Source: Epiperipatus broadwayi (taxonomy: Eukaryota > Animalia > Onychophora). Taken from it: 64,000 nt of DNA. The notes under the pieces are model-generated. The model searched no databases. It was not told where the DNA came from and worked only from the letters and a program-made list of their open reading frames with translations. Shown here piece by piece: positions 13,084-26,189 of this stretch. The DNA lies in the NCBI GenBank assembly GCA_028023455.1, contig JAQFVV010000002.1, positions 15,686,001 to 15,750,000 of the forward strand, given 5' to 3'. Position numbers and translations under genes: made by a program. The stretch's first letter is position 1. Each line of letters begins with the position of its first letter.

Positions 13084-14180
13084 ATGCAAATAACTCTTAC
13101 CTTAAAAGCAGATAATTTTTTGAAATATATTAATAGTAAAGAGAATAAAATTAAATTTACTATGGAAAAGGAAAATGTTAATATTATTGAATATATGGAT
13201 GTTAGAATTTTTAAAATAAGTAATAATAATAGAATAGTAATACAAACTTCTATTTATAGAAAAAAAACATTTTATAGTCTATTAAATAATTGGCTTTCAG
13301 ATATTGATAATCATTCAAATGAAGATTTATTAAAAAGTGAAATTTATATGATAAAATATGAATGTTTTTATAAACGATTATCTTATGAATGTTATTAATG
13401 GTTTGTTTTGTAATAAAAATATTGAAAAAAAGGAATAATAGGATAAGATTAAATAAGAATAATAATAGTAAGATAATTTATGTTGTTTTTAATGTTTCAA
13501 AAGGTTTGTTTGTTAAAATTAGGAAATTATATAATAATTAATAATATATATAATATTATTTGTCCTGTTCATAAAAAAGAATTAAATTTGTTAATTAATA
13601 ATGATAATGATTATAATAATTTAGAAGTTAAGAGTTTGGTTTATATTATAAAATGTTTAGATTGTTTTAAAAATATTAAAGAAATGTCTTATGTTGGAAC
13701 TACAAAGAATAAATTAGCAACAAGATTAAAATAGCATTTAAATGATAAAAAGGCTGCAGTTTATGGTCCATATGAGTAAATTTAAACATAAAGATTTTAA
13801 GATAGAATCTTTGTAATGAATTAGATCATATTATGAAAGAATTATAACAGAAGTAATTTATATTAATGAAATGAAATCTGTAATGAATAAGTTATTAAAT
13901 GAAAAAAAAAAGAGGATAATAGGTTGATTTAATTAAATAATTATGGTGAATTATTTTTAAAAAGATATTTAAGAAACATAATGTAATGTAATGGAAAATT
14001 AAGATTGTTTGTTAAAAGAGTTTTAAGATAAGAGTTATTTGTATTTGTTATATGTATTTGGATTATTATGGAATATTTGTATTTATATTTATTGTTTTTT
14101 TTATGTATTTTTTAGTTGTTCTTTGATAAAGACTATAAATGAATATACTCAAAATAGAATGTTTTTTGTACTTCAATAAT
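13084..14180 (+). mobile_element. 5'-truncated decayed Penelope-like retroelement (RT C-terminus + GIY-YIG)
   Basis: ORF 13084: FLKYINSKENKIKFTMEKE...YMDVRI...TSIYRKKT (PLE RT thumb). ORF 13480: LVYIIKCLDC...YVGTTKNKLATRLK (GIY-YIG). Broken by stops and frameshifts. Confidence 0.85.
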
Positions 14181-16191
14181 ATAATAAATCAAGATTTATA
14201 AAGAAGTTTGCATGTGGTTTGTTTTATATATATGTTTAAATTTTATATATATTTCTTATTGGCAGTAATTATTGTTTAACAATTATTACTATATACTGAA
14301 TTATTTACTATCAAATATAAACTTGCACTTGGTAAATTACTTTTTCTTAAAAACTAGATTAGAATACAGGTATTGCATAAGTGAAATTTTTGAGAATTCT
14401 ACAAAATGTTTAAGTTGTCAACATGTTTGTTAAAGACCTGCCACCATACTTCTCTAAAAGCTTCAAATTTTTCACAAAATAAAGCATAATTTTAATCCTC
14501 AGCTTGTTATAAGATAAAAATTCTATAAATCAAATTGAAAATAACATTTAGATGCATGTGAGAAGCATAAATCTTTTGAAATGATTTAAAAATCCTGACT
14601 CAATCTGAAAATATTTTGGGATATTTTCATGGAAATAAAAATTTTTTTGTTAATGATAATATATTAAAATAAGATTGTTTGTAACAATTTTGAATTGGCA
14701 AATATATATATAACAGCTCTCCACTCTAGTGCCATATATATATATATATGTGTGTAATAATATTATAATTCGAAGTCTGTATTTCTTCAAATCAATATAT
14801 GTAATCTTATAATTGAATATTTATAAATAGAGTAATTAGATATATGTTAAGTATAACTTTAAAAATTTTACCCACTTAGGAGCACTTTTGTCTATCCTCA
14901 CAGTCTTTTTCAACTAACACTTTGAAAGGCTAACCTTCCCACAATTCTGTTATCTTAATGTTTGCTGCCTATCTGTTAAAAAGTTTTGTTTGTATTTGTA
15001 TATTAACTTAATTTCCTTTATTTTTTTCAATTATAAGATTACACACACACACACATAAATAGATTAACTCATGTCTGTAATATAATTGAAGTGACACCTA
15101 GCTAACAGCATATGACAACACATTTTGCATTTTGAGGCATTTCAATTGTATTAGAGAGATTTGCACTGAGTTAATATCAAAACATTATTTAAAATATTTA
15201 ACACTATAAATTCTTATATATATGGAAACATTTCATAAGTGGAGTTTTCTGTTTTTAATATTTAGTTAAAAATCTACAGCCACATTTTTACTAAGATAGC
15301 AGCCAATTAAGATTAGCTGCTTGGGGTTGAGAAATAGAGAATATGACTGATATTGTTATATGGAGTATAAAATATTATAGTAAATAGATATAAAGGTGTG
15401 AAACCAAAGTATAATAAATCCACAGTAAGTCAAGTATTATAATTTAATTTTTAATAGACATTATAGATAGAAATATTTAGTATACAAGTTTTCCATTTTT
15501 TAATGTATATATACATATCATGGCACCAAAGTGGTCAGCCAGACTTGTTTTATTAATTATATATCCTAGGTGCTAGGCAATCTAAATTGATGACTTTGTA
15601 TTATTCACATATACATTTTTATTTTATATAAATAATGTGTAGGTATTATAATCTAGAAGCAGATGAATATTGAAAAAATAATGTGGAAATGATGACTCTA
15701 TATGTACAGTTTACTTTTTAAAATTGCATTGATATTATTAATTCTAGATACATTCACAATGATTAGACTAAACCTGCCATGACAACTACATTGAAAATTT
15801 TTAGTTTGATCATCTGATTATAGATGTACAAAGAAACATTTTAGTTTTCTTTAAGCATTGTCAACAACAATTTTATTAAGAACCATTTCATAACTAATTT
15901 CATTTTTTCTACATGCAGTGGAGTTTTGAAAATGTGCAATGTGAAGCTAGAAAATTGTCAGTTAACTTTTTGCTAGTTACCAAGTAGCTAATTCATTTAG
16001 TTAAGTAGCCAGTTTAAGACTGGAATTTATAAAAAAACGTTCATAAGATTTTCAAGATTTGAAATGTTATAAAATACAATAATTTCACCTTTAACAGACA
16101 CAACAATAAATGTTGGGTAATATAAACATAGAAATAGGAATGCTCATTATAATCTTTTTATCAAAATATCAATATATATGGTGAAAAATAT

Positions 16192-16287
16192 GTCAAGCTT
16201 TGGTGGCTGAATGATCAGCACAGCTGCCTTACAAGCAGTTGTTCCGGACTCGCTTCCTGGCGGATGCTTTGACACGTGAAAAAAAAA
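16192..16287 (+). mobile_element. tRNA-Gly-derived SINE
   Basis: gtcaagctttggtggctgaatgatcagcacagctgccttacaagcagttg...gatgctttgacacgtg plus A-tail; TSD unclear. Confidence 0.85.
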
Positions 16288-17580
16288 TGTTAACAAATAG
16301 GAAACTCTGTGAAGTGTGAAGTATGATTTTTTTATTGTTATATCAAGTAGGAAATTAAATATGGTTTCTATAATATAAAATGATATGTAATAGTACAGTT
16401 AGTTATATTGGAGACATGTGATATTAAATTAGGAATAACATCATTCAATCGATTAAAATAATTTCTTTTCACTGGAATTGATCCACAATCTTAGTTTTTG
16501 AGCTCACTATTTTATTAGTATGGTAAACCACAAAAGGCATAACATTTTCCCTAAAGCCCTCATAAAGTCTAGCCATGTGATAAAATCATAGATAAATTAA
16601 GATTTAATTGAATCACAAAACAAATTAATTTTATAAAGCAGAGAACATCTGAATTTTGCAAATTGTACAAATTATTTCTTTCTTAGTCTTTTTTTTTAAA
16701 CCTTTAAATAAAAATGGGCAATGCAATAAACAACTTAGAATTACCATCTGGTCAGAGTTTTTCCAGAGATTATCACAAACATTTTATATCTATTTTCAGA
16801 ATTGTAATAAGACTAAGGCTTTATGGATCAAATGAAAAGATTTCTTGTTAATTAATATGTCATAGTTACATTTTACCAATGCTTTGAACAGTTTTCTACA
16901 CTTTTTCTACAGTAATGCATTTGGTCATGGAATTGTGGGTGTGTTTTTATATATTAAAGACTTATAGAATCTGCAAATAATCTTTTTTTTGAATGAACAA
17001 TGCACTGATCTTGCAAATAAATAAATAAATAGACTTCAATATCTATTCAATCATGGAGAAGTTATAAAATTTTGGAATATAAGCTCCTATAAAATTGTCA
17101 GTCAGATACATTAATTCTCCTTACATAGATTTATAAATAATTTAATATAGACTTTGTGATGAGTTAACTTATATAGTAAACTACTTTCATACTGTTGTCT
17201 TATAATCATTTGATGGAAAGATAAATGACTTTATTGCACAAGGAGATCATGAACATTTTGAGCACTATAAGTGCCAGAACAGAGAGCAATTTGAGGATCT
17301 TATTATCTACAGTCTGGTTCTCTATCACTGCATTAACCTACACAAAACAATGTCAAGACTGAAAAATTATTATAGTAAGTTGCAATGATCAAAATATTTG
17401 ATATTTAGTGATAAAAGACAGTCTTCTTCAGCTTTTTGATTCAAACATGCAATATGTATTAAGGGTAATCCTAAGTTAATCAGAGAGGCCAGTAATATTA
17501 TTGTTGATCTAAGTATTAGATGAAAGAATTTTTGAATAAAAAAAAATTTGCCAGTAAATGCATTGGAAAAAAGTATAACA

Positions 17581-18092
17581 TCAGAGATTTAAACCATCAA
17601 ACATCACATGATCACTATCTCTTACTAGCACATAATTGTTATTAAACAAGACAAAACTCTCCATACAGTAGTGCCACCCTGTGCCAACCAGAGTAATCAA
17701 TGGATGCCAGAAGGCTTGCACATAAAATCCCTACCTAGTGCCTACTCATCTAATATCCCCAGACTATTTTCTGGCTTGTGGCCTTCATCAGTGAGGAACC
17801 TTGGATCTGAGAGCACTGCACCTAGATCTTAGGATCTAATGCAACTCTCCAGCAGCCACCTTTTAACTCTATTTAATTACAAAACTATGAGAATGAAATT
17901 GAAAACACAATAATATTTTCAATCTAAGCTCAACAGCTTTTATAGTCATATGGGTCAGAACTCAGTTCAGCACCCATAAATTTTGGTCTTTGGCACTAGA
18001 TAGGGATTTTATGTGCAAGACTTCTGGCATACATTGATTACTCTGGTTGGCACAGGGTGGCACTACTGTATGGAGTTTTGCCTTGTTTAATC
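17581..18092. mobile_element. Family A HHR element (minus-sense, ~410 nt) plus a ~100-nt inverted 3'-tail copy
   Basis: HHR on the minus strand at 17756-17797 (tcctca-CTGATGA-aggccacaagcca-GAAA-atag-TC-tgggga). 17991-18092 is the inverted counterpart of ~17641-17745. Confidence 0.9.
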
Positions 18093-18464
18093 AGAGATAT
18101 AGAACAAGCCATTGTAAAGAGGTATGTACAGATCACAGAAGTAATTCCACTTATTAGAAAAAATAAAATAAACATTTTAAAAAAATAAACTTCTATTGAT
18201 GTAATAAAACATTGAACTATTTCCATTGTCTAATATTAATTGTTAGATATCTTTATAAAAATTTAAACTTTACTTAAACTTTTCAAATGCATTCAAACTG
18301 TTAATAATAGTATACAGGTGAGTATAGAATACAATATTTTGAATAGTATTATTTTTTTCTTCAGGTCTTACTGGTTTAACCAGTGACAGTACTAACATAG
18401 TAAATGAACCAGAGACCTTTAAGTTTGCAAATATCGAATTTAAGATGATACTCTAACCAAATAG

Positions 18465-18575
18465 ACTTTGACAAAATGGCTTAGTTGATTAAAATATTTT
18501 AAATTCAATAGTTACAAATCTAAGTGTCCCTGATTCAATTTCCATGCTAGTATGGTCATTAGTCAGACCAGCCAC
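18465..18575 (+). mobile_element. Family B tRNA-like head fragment
   Basis: gactttgacaaaatggcttagttgatt...atctaagtgtccctgattcaatttccatgctag matches the head at 7470 (minus) and tRNA-Phe A/B-box regions. Confidence 0.6.
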
Positions 18576-19464
18576 AGCCATTCACATCAATGTGCCATAT
18601 AGTAGCCTGTGTGCCATTACAACAGTTGAAGGAATTTGAAAAACTTAAATAAAGTTTGAATTTTTCTAAAGACAGGCAACAATTGTTAAATAAATAAATG
18701 ATTACAAATATTCTAGCATATACCATCACCACAAATTTTCAAACAATTTTTTTTTTTTTTTTTTTGAGTCAATGGATCTACATTTTGCCTTTGATGGTAA
18801 AATAAATAACAATTAGGTTATCAGTTGTATGATAAACAAAATTAGCATCCACAATTAAAATTTAAATTATTTTTATAATAGGACCAACACATTAATCATC
18901 ACTTTTATCCACGGACATATTTTCCTTTTAAGTTTAGATATTGAGATAAAATGTCTTGATATGCATGTAATAATAACTGAAAAATAGTTTGATTAATATT
19001 ATTTGTAAGCATATAAATATATTTTTGAAAAAATCTATAATTTTATTGATCATTATTAATTAATATTATAGTTATTTTTGTCATAACATTGGGAATTAGT
19101 AATGTGTTCTAATACATATTCTCAATATAAAAGTATTTTAACTTATATTTATGTATCAATCATTATATCTATTTCTATTATTATGTTTTCATATATTTTC
19201 AAAGCTATAGTTTCAGTTGTGCTTTTGTTTTTTGCAAACTGGAAGAGCTAATATATAATAACACTTTAATATCACAAAAATTTTGTGCCACTCCAATATT
19301 TTTCATTTCACATTCAAAAGAATTCACTACAGTAAATTAGTGTCTTAATTATTGTCATTGAATCTTTTCAATATCTGAGATAAATAAAATTATATAATTG
19401 TAGTAAAAATTTAAGCACTTGATAAAATTGTAATTAAAGGCCTTGTTCTCAATCCAAGTTCATT

Positions 19465-19845
19465 TAAAATATTATTAAAACAGGCAAAACCCTCTATATG
19501 TATTGCCACTCAGTGCAAGCCAGAGTAATCAATGGATACCAGGAGGCTTGTGCATAAAATCCCCATCTAGTGCCTACTCTGCATATCCTCAGACTAGTTT
19601 CTGACTTGTGGACTTCATCAGTGAGGAGCCTTGGATCTGAGAGCACTGCACCTAGATCTTAGGATTTAATGCAACCCTCCAATATCCACCTTTTATCTCT
19701 ACTTAACTACAAAACCATGATTCTTAAACTGGAAAACACTATAATATTTTCAATCCAAGCTCATTTGCTTATCTAGTCATATAGGTCTCAACTCAGTTCA
19801 ATACCCATACATTTTGGTGTTTTTTGTTCTTTAATAACCATATCC
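19465..19845 (-). mobile_element. Family A HHR element
   Basis: Aligns end to end with 17641-17990. HHR at 19586-19627 has a perfect stem I (tcctca/tgagga) but a mismatched stem II (gtc/gtc). Confidence 0.9.
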
Positions 19846-19867
19846 ACCACTATTCTATTAGACAGGA

Positions 19868-20215
19868 TAAAACAGGGAAAACTCTCTATGCATATTGCCA
19901 CTCAGTGTAAGCCAGTGCAATCAATGGATGCCAGAAGATTTGTGCATAAAATCCCTATCTAGTGCCAACTCATCCAAGACTAGTTTCTGGCTTGTCTTCA
20001 TCAGTAAGGAGCCTGGCTCCTCACTGATGAAAGCCACAAGCTAGAAACTAGTCTGGGGATATTGGATGAGTAGTCACTAGATGGGGATTTTATGCACAAG
20101 TCTTCTGGCATCCATTGATTACTCTGGCTTGCACTGAGTGGCAATATGTATAGAGAGTTTTGCCAATAACAGTTATAAGCAACTGTAAAAAATGGTGATC
20201 ATGTGATGTTCATTT
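19868..20215. mobile_element. Family A head-to-head palindrome (two arms of ~145 nt)
   Basis: Fold-back junction aggagcc-t-ggctcct at ~20007-20021. Left arm has a deleted HHR; right arm has an intact core. Confidence 0.9.
20018..20059 (+). ncRNA. Minimal type-I hammerhead ribozyme motif (family A)
   Basis: TCCTCA-CTGATGA-A-AGC-cacaa-GCT-A-GAAA-CTAG-TC|TGGGGA; predicted cleavage after 20053. Activity untested. Confidence 0.7.
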
Positions 20216-20885
20216 AAAATAGTTGATACTTATCTAGAAATGGTTACAAACTTTCATATACACATTCATAGTGAAATATCTCACATTAAATTTATTATGA
20301 AGAAATTTATTGCCACTATGATATTGAGTTAAATAAATGTTTCACATTTTGTGCCAGTGATTTATCTTGGAAAAATACATATTCTGTGAGTTCTTGAGTG
20401 ATAATAATAATAATTTTTTAAAAGTCATCACTGTGGATAATTATAATATAACTTCCATTGTTTGTTAATTGTATACAAATGTAGATAAATTAGCGAACAA
20501 CTCAGTAAAATAATAATAATAATCAGTGAAATCCTAAAAAGTTTTAATTCTGCAAGATAGGTTAATTGGCTTTAATAAGAAGAAAGACAATTTAATTAAC
20601 ACTTTAATGAACCCGTATATGGTCTCTAAAAAATTGAAAGAAGCCATTACATTTGTTTTTATTTCTATTATTCCTCTTGCTAATTCTGTAATTATAAAAT
20701 CTAATACATCCTTTATTTGTTTTAGTTTTGAGTAAGTTGTCATAAAATTTGGATTAGATTCCAAATATAATTTTATACTTATTACATTATTATTTTTTTA
20801 AATTTTGGTTATATAAAAATTATAACCATAAAGCAACAACTCATGTAGTGATTATAGTGATTAATATCTTAAAACATCAAATCTA

Positions 20886-21015
20886 GTCAAGCGTTGGTGG
20901 GCTAGTGGTTAGCATAGCTGCCACAAGCATTGGTGGCCTAGTGGTTAGCATAGCTGTCTTCCAAGCAGCTGGCCCAGTTCGCTTCCCAGTCAACACATTT
21001 GACATATGAAAAAAA
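20886..21015 (+). mobile_element. tRNA-Gly-derived SINE with duplicated 5' part
   Basis: 15-bp TSD aaaacatcaaatcta (20871-20885 / 21012-21026). Keeps the cTTCCAAgcag Gly(TCC) anticodon arm; the 5' ~37 nt occurs twice. Confidence 0.9.
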
Positions 21016-22069
21016 CATCAAATCTATAATATAGGGTTTAAATATGGATTAAATTGAATATTTTTCTAAGTAACGAAAGATTTCCAAACAAACATGGAAT
21101 TTTTTCAGGTAACCAAATTATATAAAAACAAGCTATTCATCCAATTGTTGGTGGTTAAAGAAGTATCTAATCATAGCGATATTCTGAAACAGAAAAGAAA
21201 AATTATTCAAATCCTTAGCAAGTAATTATTGTTTAATCTAGTAAATACAGTAATATTATTTTCAGTGTTCTGCCATGGAATATTTAAGGCTGTTATATAT
21301 ATATGCATTAATTATATATAAACATATTAAATTGATTTAAAAAATAGAATTTATTTTTTATTGGATAAATTAAGATTCATATATTATTCATATTCAAGAA
21401 TATGTATCAATACATAATTTATTAGTAACTAAAACCAATAATGAACTAAAACTTACATTTTAAGAAATAAATGCAAGCCCAAAGAAATGTATAAAAGATT
21501 GGCATTTCTAGATTATCTTTTATAAAAAACATGTATAATTTCGCCATGATTATCAAGTTATAAAAAACATGTATAATTTCAGGAAGATGATTATAAGGTA
21601 TTATATTAGTGTCTTTGCGTCTGAGATAGAGATTAATAAGAAATGTCAAGATTTTATACATAAAATATAATTCTACTTGGGGAAAAAATAACTTTAATAT
21701 AAATTATAATTACTGTTATTTTTGTTTTTCTTTACTTATTTAACATAAATAATTAAATTTTTATATTTCACATGATATGTTTCAGTTTGACAATTAAGTG
21801 GTAAAATTATACATATATATCAAATTTTTTATATTAATTTGACAGAAATACTTTTTTTCAAACGTATTAAAAAATAATTTACATGAATAAAATGCAATTT
21901 TTAAAAATACATATATATTTACAAATGTTTTTTTCTTAATCTAAGCATTAATATTACAAGTAATAAGATTTGTGACTTCTTTAGAAGGAAAAAATAATAA
22001 CCCTTAACTGACGACTACTAATATCTAAAAATACAAGCATATATATAAATTTATATTTAAACATAAATG

Positions 22070-22313
22070 TATTCATTAAGGCTGTAGCCTCAATCACATG
22101 CGTATAAAATGCGATAGTAGGGACCTCTACAGGTCTTAAAACCACAAGCTTAGCCTCAATCACATGCGTATAAAATGCGATAGTAGGGACCTCTACAGGT
22201 CTTAAAACCACAAACATACTCTTGGAAGAATAAGCTTGTGGTTTTAAGACCTGTAGAGGTCCCTACTATCGCATTTTATACGCATGTGATTGAGGCTACA
22301 GCCTTAATGAATA
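22070..22313. repeat. Family F: tandem plus inverted triple copy
   Basis: 66-bp unit 22087-22152 is repeated at 22153-22213 (61 bp); 22231-22313 is the exact reverse complement of 22070-22152. Confidence 0.9.
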
Positions 22314-22757
22314 TTATTTACGTAATGAATGTGCAATGTGCGTTTAAATAAATTTATAAATGTATTATAAATATATTTTGCTTAAAACTTTATTAGTGAT
22401 TGGATTGAAAATAATATATATTATGTAAACTAAAGTACATAATCACGTGATTCATATACCTAGCTAGTATAATAAATACAGCATTATTTTCTAATATATA
22501 AAAATTCCAATTTTGATGAATGAATCAAGCCTTGTCAATAATTTCAACATACTTTACACACTAGATTGCTCAACCAATGCAAATTAATTGTCTTAGATGT
22601 ATATAAAGACTGATAAATCTTGTAAGTTAAAACCCATTATAATCCAGATATAATCATAACCGTATATATATAATTTCTAGTTTTAACTGTCGTGAGACAG
22701 TCCATTACTTATTCATTTTCAAACCAAGCAAGATAAAATTATATATATTGTTGGTAA

Positions 22758-22862
22758 TTTTTTTTTTCATGTATCATAGCATTGGCCGGGAGGCGAACCC
22801 GCTAACCCAGGATAACTGCTTGTAAGGCAGCTGTGCCAACCACTCGGCCACCAATGCTTGAC
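22758..22862 (-). mobile_element. tRNA-Gly-derived SINE
   Basis: Reverse complement gtcaagcattggtggccgagtggttggcacagctgccttacaagcag...gggttagcgggttcgcctcccggccaatgctatgatacatg plus A-tail. Confidence 0.9.
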
Positions 22863-25079
22863 TGTTGGAAAATAATTTAAAATAGCAATTATAACAAAAA
22901 GTAATGAAATTCCTATTTACAAATATGAAAACTTATTGAGAACTATAAAGATATGAAAGGTAAATTAAAATGTTAATTCAAAGACAAAACAGGTTTTCAA
23001 TTATAACAATAAAGTTACTTTGTGGATTAAAAAATGTTGATACAAATTTACAGTGCACTCTCCACCATTTTGGTTTCTAAGGGGAGCTCCAAATGCACTG
23101 CTAACACAACCAAGTGCTATATAGTTATATAACACTGGTTGGCATTGAAAGTATTCCAATTATTTGGGCCATTAGTTAAAAACCAAACAAATTACTATAT
23201 CTATTATTGTGTTCATTAATAAATAGATACATCTGTAATTCTCACATATTAAAACATTATAAATATTTTGTTATGCATAAAAACAAAAAAATAAAAATAA
23301 AAACTCTTGAACAAGAAGAGGAAAATTTCAAAGACAACACTTTAGAAAATATTTAAATCCCCCCCCCCCCAAAAAAAAAAAAAACCCAAATAACTATTAT
23401 CTATTATCAAAACATAAATGATATATCTGAAACACTAATTTGTAAGAGGCAAAATAATATATATATATTGAAGATATTTAAATTATAGATGGGGGGGGGA
23501 GTAGATTGTATTTTTAAAAAAAAAAAAGAAAAATAATATTGAAAATGAAGAAGTGCAATTAGGTTTGACACATTTTAAAAAAGATATTGATTAATAATAG
23601 AAATAGTACTGTTCTATTAGCCTGGGCTGGCCACTTGATGGCGTTATTTCTATGCAAAAGTACAGAAATATGCCATTTATGTGGCCACTCACCCAACTTA
23701 TGGCCTGGATTGTGTTACACACTTTATCCAAAAGTTCACAATTTAAAAGTTCACTACAGTATCATGTGAGGTTGCCACAACTCTTCAAATATGCATGACA
23801 AACTAATTATTTTACAACTCACTTGATGTAGTATTACCTACTAACAATTGTACTCCCATTGCCATGCATCCCTACTCAACATGAAAGTTTCAAAAAATTT
23901 GGAAAGTGTATGGCCAAGTACGATTTCACCAAGCTCACATGAAAAGTCACATTTGCGTGAGAACACATGAGACAAATAAAATGGTTGACTGCAAAACCAA
24001 GCCATTCAAATTGTGGCAACTGCCATCCACAGAAGCTGTTGTGATGGTTAATAGAACAATACCATATAGAAACATTCAAACATATATGAAGCAAAAAAAA
24101 AATTGGAACAATATCAATCCTTATTAAAATAAATAATAATGAGGAAAGGTTCAATAAAAAAATATAGGGAGGCCTGATTAATGTGAGGTAGAAAGATAAT
24201 GATAAGTTGCTAAAATATTTTATACTAAATCATAAATTGAGTTTAAAAATTTCATTTATATGGTATCAAGTATTACTAATATTATTCAAAAAGGAGATAT
24301 TAAAAAATTGAAATTAAATAACCATGTTTTAGTGTTTCAACATTATATCTAAAATGTCCATATTTCAAGATAATCTACATTGAAGATAACTAATAAAATT
24401 TGTAAAAAAGGAAGTATATTAGATATCAATCCATAAGAGACGTAAGCAAAATATCTAAATAAATTAGGAAAAGATGATTATTTTTGTTAAATGTCATGAT
24501 ATATTTATTTGCATATGATTTTAATATTTGGCATATGCTATTAATTTTTGTATTATTAGCAAATGATTACTTAAATCAAAGACATTAATTTTTTTGCGCA
24601 TGTAATATTTTTATAGATTTCATTGGTAGCTTTTTTATAAAGACTAATCAAAGAAATAAGTAGAAGTTTTATTAAACCTCTAAAAAGACATGGGTCACAA
24701 ATAAGTCTCATAAATCTAAGAATAAACATGAATGCTTTATCTTTTCTTTTTTTGGTATTGTTGTTAAAATCAAAGTTTTGCTGCTACTAGTTATATATTA
24801 TAATTTTAAAATAGTTTGGTCAATAATAATATAATTTTCTTAGACTTTGTACACAAAAAGTATATGGATTTAATTTAAAATACATCATATTTAAGGAAAG
24901 AGCAGTTAATAATTTCAATACCAGGTTAAATTATTGTTAATTTAGACAGACTGATTGGTATATATATCAAACAATACATTAATTGTTTAACTTCTGCCAA
25001 TTTAATAGTTATTATTAAATCATTTGTTATTGTCTATAACTCTTATCAAAAAATATAAATTTTATTATTATAGTTTTCT

Positions 25080-25235
25080 ATTAATGAAACCTAAAATTAA
25101 CACTTATATCAACATCAAATTAGAAAAATATATAAATCGACATTATTAACAATCAGTAAAATAACTATAAATCTATATAATAAATACTATTATACTTGCA
25201 TGATGAAGAATTAATGGAATTCTAAAAATAGGCTA
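25080..25235 (+). mobile_element. Possible decayed PLE 3' end with HHR-like hairpin
   Basis: KLEKYI / DIINNQ-like terminal peptide pieces followed by a-TGATGA-a-gaatt-aatgg-aattc-taaaa. Confidence 0.35.
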
Positions 25236-25244
25236 TAAAGAAAT

Positions 25245-25632
25245 ATAATATCACATGATCACCATTCTTTATGCTTACACAAGCTGTTTTCACAGAGCTC
25301 AATTCCTCATACAGTAGTGCCACTCAGTGCAAATCATGGTAATCAATGGATGCAAGAAGGTTTGTGCATAAAATCACTACCTAGTGATTACTCATCCAAT
25401 ACTTCAGACTAGTTTCTAGCTTGTTTTTATCAGTTAGGAGCCTTGGATCTAGGTGCAGTGCTCTCAGATCCAAGGTTCCTCACTTACGAAAGCCACAAGC
25501 TAGAAACTAGTCTGGAGTATTGGATAAGTAGGCACTAGATAGGGATTTATGCACAAACCTTCTTGCATCCATTGATTACCCTGGCTGACATTGAGTGGTG
25601 GTACTATATGGAGAGTTGAGCTCTGTGAAGAA
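25245..25632. mobile_element. Family A head-to-head palindrome
   Basis: Arms ~25288-25450 (minus) and ~25445-25632 (plus) share private variants (ttcacagagctcaa end, gcaagaaggtttg). Both HHR cores are mutated (ctgataa; cttacga). Confidence 0.9.
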
Positions 25633-25908
25633 ATATAATATTTAGATATAGTAATTAGACCTTTTGCTAAAGAATTTTTCATGCCACAAGTATGAAGGTT
25701 TATATTTAACTTGGAAATAAATACTTAGATGACTTTTTTTTATAAATAAATAAATTTATAAAAGTATTAATACAATGATAAAAGTATAAATGAAAACTTA
25801 GATTAATCACATTAACAAACAATCTAATTTATTAGAATATAGTATAATGATAAAAGTGTTTGATTTTATTTAAATAGTCCATTTCTTCAAGAAGAGAATG
25901 CTTGGGTC

Positions 25909-26075
25909 TTTTCTGTTTATTGTGTCCAAGATTCTTTAATTTTCCACTTTCTGTCTTACTTCTCAGTGCATACAATTCCAGCTTTTAATAATATTTTCTG
26001 TTTATTGTGTCCAAGATTCTTTAATTTTCCACTTTCTGTCTTACCTCTCAGTGCATACAATTCCAGCTTTTAATA
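25909..26075. repeat. Direct tandem duplication, period 85 bp
   Basis: 25909-25990 and 25994-26075 are identical except for one base (ttacttctc vs ttacctctc). Confidence 0.9.
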
Positions 26076-26189
26076 AAAATTACTATTCAGATGGTCTGGG
26101 TGATTTAGAGCCAAATCCCTAAATTTCTTTTTAGAAAATTATCTTAGTGTTCAAATCATCACATAATCTCCTGAGCAACTAACCATATT

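Noticed and set aside
18318-18364. Mini-intron-like GTGAGT...TTCAG (similar cases near 10939 and 28466)
   Set aside because: No reading frame stays open across the junctions, and such motifs are expected by chance in AT-rich DNA.
22087-22313. CRISPR-like or HDV/twister ribozyme interpretation of family F
   Set aside because: There are no unique spacers between repeats, and the required P3/L3/P1.1 or twister core motifs could not be placed.
23587-24154. Overlapping short ORFs in a GC-richer patch
   Set aside because: No recognisable domain in any frame; probably an unclassified decayed repeat.
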